NCBI GenBank assembly: GCA_937921735.1
Contig: CAKZTQ010000032.1
Coordinates: 12,083 to 76,082 of the forward strand
Reading direction: 5' to 3'
DNA: 64,000 nt
Source: an uncultured archaeon
GTDB taxonomy: Archaea > Hadarchaeota > Hadarchaeia > Hadarchaeales > Hadarchaeaceae
In this document: positions 59,203 to 64,000 of the stretch, one piece after another
Layout: every line of letters begins with the position of its first letter
Position numbering within the stretch: position 1 is the stretch's first letter
The notes under the pieces: generated by a model
What the model saw: only the letters and a program-made list of their open reading frames with translations
The model's database searches: none
Told to the model about the DNA's origin: nothing
Position numbers and translations under genes: made by a program

Positions 59203-60333
59203 TTAAAACCCTTTCGCGCCACGAGGTGAATAAATTTCCTCCGCGAGCTTCTTCACTTTAGCTCTGATCCTCTCCCGCTCGAGGCGATGCGAGTTTAAAA
59301 ATTCGGTCATGGCCTCGATCGCGCGCGATTTACAATCGCCGCAGATCATCGCTCCGGATTTACATGCCTCCCTTATGCTTAAAAGTTCCTCGTCGTCGGG
59401 CGCGAGGTGGTAGAGGTAGAGCTTGTACACCGTGCACCTATCTGGGTCCCCGCCCAGCCTGCGCTGTTCTTCCGCCGTGGGCTGACCACCCGTAAACGCA
59501 TCCCTGATTTTGTGCTTCACCTCCTCGACGCCATCGGTCAGGAAGATGGCCGTCTCCGGCCTGCTGCTCGACATCTTCTCGCCCGTGAGGCCGGGCATGA
59601 GATAGTGATAAGTTGAGGATGGCGGTATAAACCCGAACTCGTTCTGGAACCTAGCCGCCACGTCTCGGGCGAGCCTTATGTGGGGGTCTTGGTCCACCCC
59701 CACCGGAACGACGGTTGGGCATGGTCCCTCGAATTCGCTCAACTGCGGATGCAGGATGTCGGCCACGTCTATCATCGGGTAGAAGATGTGTGCGATATTC
59801 GAGTCGCCGGCGAACCCGTAAATCGCGCGCATCTCGTTGAAGTTCACCTTCTTCGCGAGCACGTATGCTAGGTGGCGCACCGCATTGCTTCGGGACTGGA
59901 AGTAAACGTGACACCTTTCGAGGTCCAGGCCGAGGGCTTGGTAGTTCACGAGATACTCGTCGACCGCGAGTCGATAAGCCTCTTGAAATGTCACGTTTCT
60001 CGCCGAATAAGCCTCGAGGTCGGCGATGCACAGGTAAATTTTTGCCCCTAGGTCCTGGTACCAGATGAGCTGGTCGATGACCAATTTGTGGCCGATGTGC
60101 ATGCGGCCGCTGGGCATCAAGCCCGTCATCACGACGAACTTCTCGCCCGAGAGCATCGCGTCCAGCACGCGCCCGAAATCGCGGTGGCCGAAGATCACAC
60201 GTCGGCGCATGAGGTGATGCGCTTTCGGCAAGCGATCGAGCAGGTCCGTGAACGGCTCTATCCCAAACTCTTCCATCAGTTTGGCATAGTCCTCCGGAAC
60301 GGCTGTGCCCCATGGATCGATCTTGATCGGCAT
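59203..60333 (-). CDS. trpS: Tryptophanyl-tRNA synthetase
   Basis: IDPWG, HRDF, TG-MPSG-MHIGH, VG-DQDPH, KMSSS, CG-CK. Confidence 0.96.
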   Translation of the reverse strand: MPIKIDPWGTAVPEDYAKLMEEFGIEPFTDLLDRLPKAHHLMRRRVIFGHRDFGRVLDAMLSGEKFVVMTGLMPSGRMHIGHKLVIDQLIWYQDLGAKIYLCIADLEAYSARNVTFQEAYRLAVDEYLVNYQALGLDLERCHVYFQSRSNAVRHLAYVLAKKVNFNEMRAIYGFAGDSNIAHIFYPMIDVADILHPQLSEFEGPCPTVVPVGVDQDPHIRLARDVAARFQNEFGFIPPSSTYHYLMPGLTGEKMSSSRPETAIFLTDGVEEVKHKIRDAFTGGQPTAEEQRRLGGDPDRCTVYKLYLYHLAPDDEELLSIREACKSGAMICGDCKSRAIEAMTEFLNSHRLERERIRAKVKKLAEEIYSPRGAKGF

Positions 60334-60334
60334 C

Positions 60335-60883
60335 TCAGGGCCTCTCACGCTTCAACGAGTAATAGGTAATATCCCCTTCGTCGTCCACTATCGCGAAGAG
60401 CATCTCCTTCCGCACGCTGTGCGCCAACCTCACCGCTCGAGCGAGCTCTGCGGGCGTCAACCTCGCCCCCTCTGGCAGTGCGTGCACTAAGTACTTGGAG
60501 TGGGTCTCGCCCGGTCTCTCGCCCCTATCGTAGACCCGGAAGTGCGCCCCGAACTTCAGCCCGGTCTTGACGATGTAGCCGCGAGAGCGCAGGTCGGAGT
60601 ACAACAGGTACTTGAGCATGAGGTCGGGGTCGTGTCTCGCCAGCCTCGCGGCGAGCTCGTTGAACTTCAAGGGTTGTCCCGTCTCCCTGTCCACGACCTT
60701 GATCTTACCGCAGTCGAGCAGGTAGAGCGCCTCCACCGGCGCCAGCTGGAGCTTCCCTCCCGAAAGGGGCTTGCCGTACGCTCCGCGTTGGTAAAGTTGG
60801 TTTGCTTGGGCTTCGTCCCACACCATTATCTTATCCTTGTACCAGTAGGCCTCCGCCGGCGCCTCAGGGATCTCGGCTTCCAT
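60335..60883 (-). CDS. endA: tRNA-splicing endonuclease (single-unit, alpha4-type size)
   Basis: L-VEA-YL, Y-DLR-RG, GLKFG-HFRVY, H, RLAHSVRK (Tyr/His/Lys triad). Confidence 0.94.
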   Translation of the reverse strand: MEAEIPEAPAEAYWYKDKIMVWDEAQANQLYQRGAYGKPLSGGKLQLAPVEALYLLDCGKIKVVDRETGQPLKFNELAARLARHDPDLMLKYLLYSDLRSRGYIVKTGLKFGAHFRVYDRGERPGETHSKYLVHALPEGARLTPAELARAVRLAHSVRKEMLFAIVDDEGDITYYSLKRERP

Positions 60884-61076
60884 ACCGTCCCCTAGGCTAT
60901 GATTGCAGGTATCCGTTAAGAAGTTGTCGCTGGGGGCTCTTATCCAGCCGCCTTCTTTCAGCTCTTGGTAGCTCGAATTCCTCGAGATGGACTTTGCCCT
61001 TAAAATAGCCGATTTTTAAACTTACCTCAAATTTTAAATATGGGTTCTCTAATATAATATATTGCCAAAATGGCGC

Positions 61077-61216
61077 TAATACCGGGCGGAACGGCCGAGA
61101 CGATGGCGAAAACCTGAGGCTGAGGGGGTGGTTTTTCTCCATTCCTGCCGGCCTTCGAGCAGGGGGGAAGATGAGTCACCTCCATCTAAGTCCATGTGGC
61201 TGCCCGCCCGGTATTA
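61077..61216. other. 140-nt long imperfect hairpin (structured RNA or MITE-like element)
   Basis: Perfect 13-bp terminal inverted repeat TAATACCGGGCGG/CCGCCCGGTATTA, with further internal pairing. Confidence 0.55.
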
Positions 61217-61299
61217 ACTGAAAATTTTGGTCATTGAGCGACGCTTGAATGGCTTATCGCTTCGATAGGCTCCGCGATTTTTAAACGTCCGCGGGGACA

Positions 61300-63108
61300 A
61301 TGAAATCAGCGGTGTTCATGAAAAATCCGAGCTCCTTAGGTGACATGACGAAAGTTTTGGTCTCGACGGCGTTGGGTAGGGAGAAGGCAGACCTTGTGGT
61401 GAGGAATTCGAAATTGGTGAACGTCTACACCCGCGAGCTTCTTGTGGGCATCGATGTGGCAGTGAAGGGAGACAGGATAGCCCTCGTCGGCGACGCCACC
61501 CATGCAATTGGCCCGAGCACCGTCGTGATGGACGCGACGGACAAGTACCTCGCGCCGGGTTTTCTCGACGGCCACGTGCACGTGGAAAGCAGCATGTTGA
61601 CGGTGACCCAATTCGCCAGAGTCGTCTTGCCGCGAGGGACGACCGGGGTATTCATCGACCCGCACGAGATCGCGAACGTCCTCGGCCTAGACGGGGTGAG
61701 GATGATGCTGGAGGAGTCGAGGGGTCTGCCGCTGAGGGTTTTCATCTGCATCCCGTCTTGCGTCCCCGCTATCTCGCCAGAGTTCGAGACGGCCGGGGCG
61801 GAGATCGGCCCGAAGGAGATAGGGGAGGCGCTCGGCTGGGAAGGCGTGGTCGCCTTAGGTGAGGTGATGAACTATCCCGGCGTGTTGGCGGGCGACGAAA
61901 GGATGCACCTCGAGATCCGAGCTGCGCTAAAGGCGGGAAAGGTCGTCGAGGGACACTCGAGCGGCCTCCTCGGCAAGGAGCTCGCCGCGTACGCAGCGGC
62001 TGGCATGAGCTCGTGCCACGAGTCGACTCAGGAGCTCGAGGCCCTGCAGAGGGCTAGGTTAGGGATGTGGGTGATGGCTAGGGAGGGCTCGGCCTGGCGC
62101 GACCTCGCCGACGTGATAAGGGCTTACACCGCGCGGGGCATCGACGGCAGGAGGTTCGTGCTGGTGAGCGACGACCGCCACCCGGAGGACCTCCTGCGGG
62201 AGGGCCACATGGACCACATACTTAGGCGCGCGGTCGAGGAGGGGGTCGATCCTCTTGCCGCCATTCAGATGGCCACCCTAAACACCGCCGAACACTTCGG
62301 GCTCGATCGTGACTTAGGAGGCATCGCTCCCGGCAAGTTCGCGGACATGGTTCTGTTGAGCAACCTCCACGAGTTCTCCGTCGACGCGGTCATCGCCGGC
62401 GGTAGGATGGTCGCTAAACGAGGAAGGCTCCTCGTTGACCTGCCTCGCTTCAGGTACCCCCAGCGAGCGAGGAGGACGATGAACGTGGGGGGTCGACTCA
62501 CCCCTCGAGATCTAACCGTGAGGGCCCCTTTAGAACGAGGGAAGGTCAGGGTTCACGTGATCGGCGTCAGCGAGGGCAAGGTCACGACGAGGCACCTCGT
62601 GGAGGAGCTCGAGGCGATCGACGGCGAGGTATCGCCGGACGCACGAAAGGACATCGCGAAGGTGGCCGTGGTGGAGAGGCACAAGGCGACGGGGAACATC
62701 GGCTTGGGATTCGTCAAGGGGTTTGAGCTCGAGCGCGGCGCCTTGGCCTCGACCGTCGCGCATGACAGCCACAACCTGCTGGTGATGGGTGTGAACGACC
62801 ACGACATGGCGTTCGCAGCGAACAAGCTGATCGAGGTGGGGGGAGGGATGGTCGCGGTTGGCGAGGGCAAGGTCCTAGCTCTGGTCGAGCTTCCGATAGC
62901 CGGGCTGATGTCGGAGAAGGGGGCGGAGGAGGTGAGCGAAGAAGTGGTGGCGCTGAAGGAGGCCTGGGCGAAGCTGGGGTGCAAGATGGTCTCGCCGTTC
63001 ATGACCATGTCCTTGCTCGCCCTGCCCGTGCTGCCCGAGCTCAGGATCACCGACAAGGGGCTAATCGACACCGTCGAATTTAGGAGGATTTCCACGTTGG
63101 TTCAATGA
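61300..63108 (+). CDS. ade: Adenine deaminase
   Basis: PGFLDGHVHVESS, DPHEIANV, PSCVP, GEVMN, EGH, HE, REGS, DD, STVAHDSHN. Confidence 0.96.
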   Translation: MKSAVFMKNPSSLGDMTKVLVSTALGREKADLVVRNSKLVNVYTRELLVGIDVAVKGDRIALVGDATHAIGPSTVVMDATDKYLAPGFLDGHVHVESSMLTVTQFARVVLPRGTTGVFIDPHEIANVLGLDGVRMMLEESRGLPLRVFICIPSCVPAISPEFETAGAEIGPKEIGEALGWEGVVALGEVMNYPGVLAGDERMHLEIRAALKAGKVVEGHSSGLLGKELAAYAAAGMSSCHESTQELEALQRARLGMWVMAREGSAWRDLADVIRAYTARGIDGRRFVLVSDDRHPEDLLREGHMDHILRRAVEEGVDPLAAIQMATLNTAEHFGLDRDLGGIAPGKFADMVLLSNLHEFSVDAVIAGGRMVAKRGRLLVDLPRFRYPQRARRTMNVGGRLTPRDLTVRAPLERGKVRVHVIGVSEGKVTTRHLVEELEAIDGEVSPDARKDIAKVAVVERHKATGNIGLGFVKGFELERGALASTVAHDSHNLLVMGVNDHDMAFAANKLIEVGGGMVAVGEGKVLALVELPIAGLMSEKGAEEVSEEVVALKEAWAKLGCKMVSPFMTMSLLALPVLPELRITDKGLIDTVEFRRISTLVQ

Positions 63109-63319
63109 ACCTCAGTTTCACCGGTGCCTTAACGTTAACGACGAGCGAAACGTGGTACCACATCCAAATTGGCGGCGGGGGCATATTCTTTTATCACTGT
63201 TTTATATCTTTCCCGTGCCAAACTTTCTATAATCGCTTTAAACACATTTTCGGCTTTTTCTTTGTCTTGGCATAATTTGCAGAAGAAATCAATAGCAAAA
63301 TGAGCATGTTTGAGAATGA

Positions 63320-63592
63320 CTAGGCTATCCTATAGCCATTTTCATCGTAGCAACGGGAAATCATCTTATTAAGCTTTCTATAAAATTTTACAACAGCAGA
63401 CTCATTTTTACCTTTCCGTGGAATTACGTTCATTATTTCACACCACCCGTTCCCTGTGTCCCAATATACAACATCTACAGATTTACCACTTGCTTTCCAT
63501 GCACGCCATCCATATTCTGGAACATGTTTATGAAGTCCATTACAGCCTATTACTGCAGAAAGTATTTCACTTTCCACTTCTACCATATTCAT
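63320..63592 (-). CDS. Hypothetical protein in the AT-rich island
   Basis: ORF with GGAG SD directly after the nuclease gene; no recognisable motif. Confidence 0.55.
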   Translation of the reverse strand: MNMVEVESEILSAVIGCNGLHKHVPEYGWRAWKASGKSVDVVYWDTGNGWCEIMNVIPRKGKNESAVVKFYRKLNKMISRCYDENGYRIA

Positions 63593-63597
63593 CGCTC

Positions 63598-64000
63598 CTA
63601 GTCTACTCTCGAAATTTGAAGATTAAATAATAACTCGCTAACCGAATACTGTTTTTGCAAATCAAAATTTTGAAAGGAATAGAGGAAGCAATCAATCATC
63701 TTGTTTTTTGCTTCTTTCATAACTTTTTTCGATACTTTTCTGCCTATCAGAATTCCTTTTTCGCATTCTTCCCCCAATTCAAACATATATTTTTTAAGTT
63801 GTTCAACATCTCTTTTTTGTAAAGCACCCATTTTAATCTCGGCAATCAATTTTTTGCAATACCCTTTGGGCGAACTTTCTTTAATTAAGATATCAACGTG
63901 GCCTTCTGGAAAGGCTTTTTCGCCCAATACCTCGAAATCCTCCGCGGAAAGTGCACTAAGTCCTAAAGAGTTGAAAATTTGTTGGAGGTTTTCTCTTTGA
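63598..64000 (-). CDS. PD-(D/E)xK nuclease, NucS/DUF91-like C-terminal domain (5' end outside window)
   Basis: Frame is open to the window edge; GHVDIL...AEIK...EQL-Y. Confidence 0.65.
   Translation of the reverse strand, partial: QRENLQQIFNSLGLSALSAEDFEVLGEKAFPEGHVDILIKESSPKGYCKKLIAEIKMGALQKRDVEQLKKYMFELGEECEKGILIGRKVSKKVMKEAKNKMIDCFLYSFQNFDLQKQYSVSELLFNLQISRVD

Larger units (their letters stand above)
63170..64000. mobile_element. Start of an AT-rich horizontally acquired island (boundary at about 63170-63182)
   Basis: Abrupt visible drop in GC after TGGCGGCGGGGGC, a tRNA-3'-end-like motif; contains a nuclease-like ORF. Confidence 0.55.

Noticed and set aside
60930-61180. Fragments resembling a SAM-I or TPP riboswitch (CUUAUCCAG; AUUCCUGC...GAAGAUGAG)
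   Set aside because: The core elements (AGAG...GAGGGA, GCAACC; UGAGA, CUGAU) are missing or wrongly spaced.
520-63095. Numerous long antisense or alternate-frame ORFs in the track (e.g. 57357-58262, 44884-45576, 59651-60313)
   Set aside because: These are shadow ORFs expected from GC-rich codon usage opposite well-supported genes, and they carry no independent motifs.
1-64000. CRISPR arrays, rRNA genes, transposases, integrases, inteins
   Set aside because: No regularly spaced repeats or matching motifs were seen; atpA, fusA and tfb are of normal length.

Overview
Gene-dense, mostly GC-rich archaeal chromosome segment. The gene set (TFB, aEF-2, A1AO-ATPase, GGR, HMG-CoA synthase/thiolase/DUF35, L35Ae, short EndA) suggests a thermophilic euryarchaeote-grade lineage, possibly Hadarchaeota; this is inference only. 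Most of the window is housekeeping: translation, RNA modification, lipid synthesis, secretion and ATP synthase. The most notable locus is at about 29.9-37.9 kb. It encodes a group-4-type [NiFe]-hydrogenase module with an embedded HdrB and no membrane arm. Next to it lies a NikR operon, with a GTAATA-N16-TATTAC operator over its TATA box, that encodes two paralogous small membrane proteins, a candidate novel nickel transporter. Intergenic DNA holds tRNA-Leu(CAG), a multi-hairpin H/ACA-like RNA, a C/D-box sRNA, an unrecognised 207-nt structured RNA and a 140-nt rod-like hairpin. The ATP synthase operon is split divergently. There is a small ACR3 islet next to the tRNA, and an AT-rich island begins at the right edge. 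All protein calls rest on motif recognition by eye; no database searches were run.
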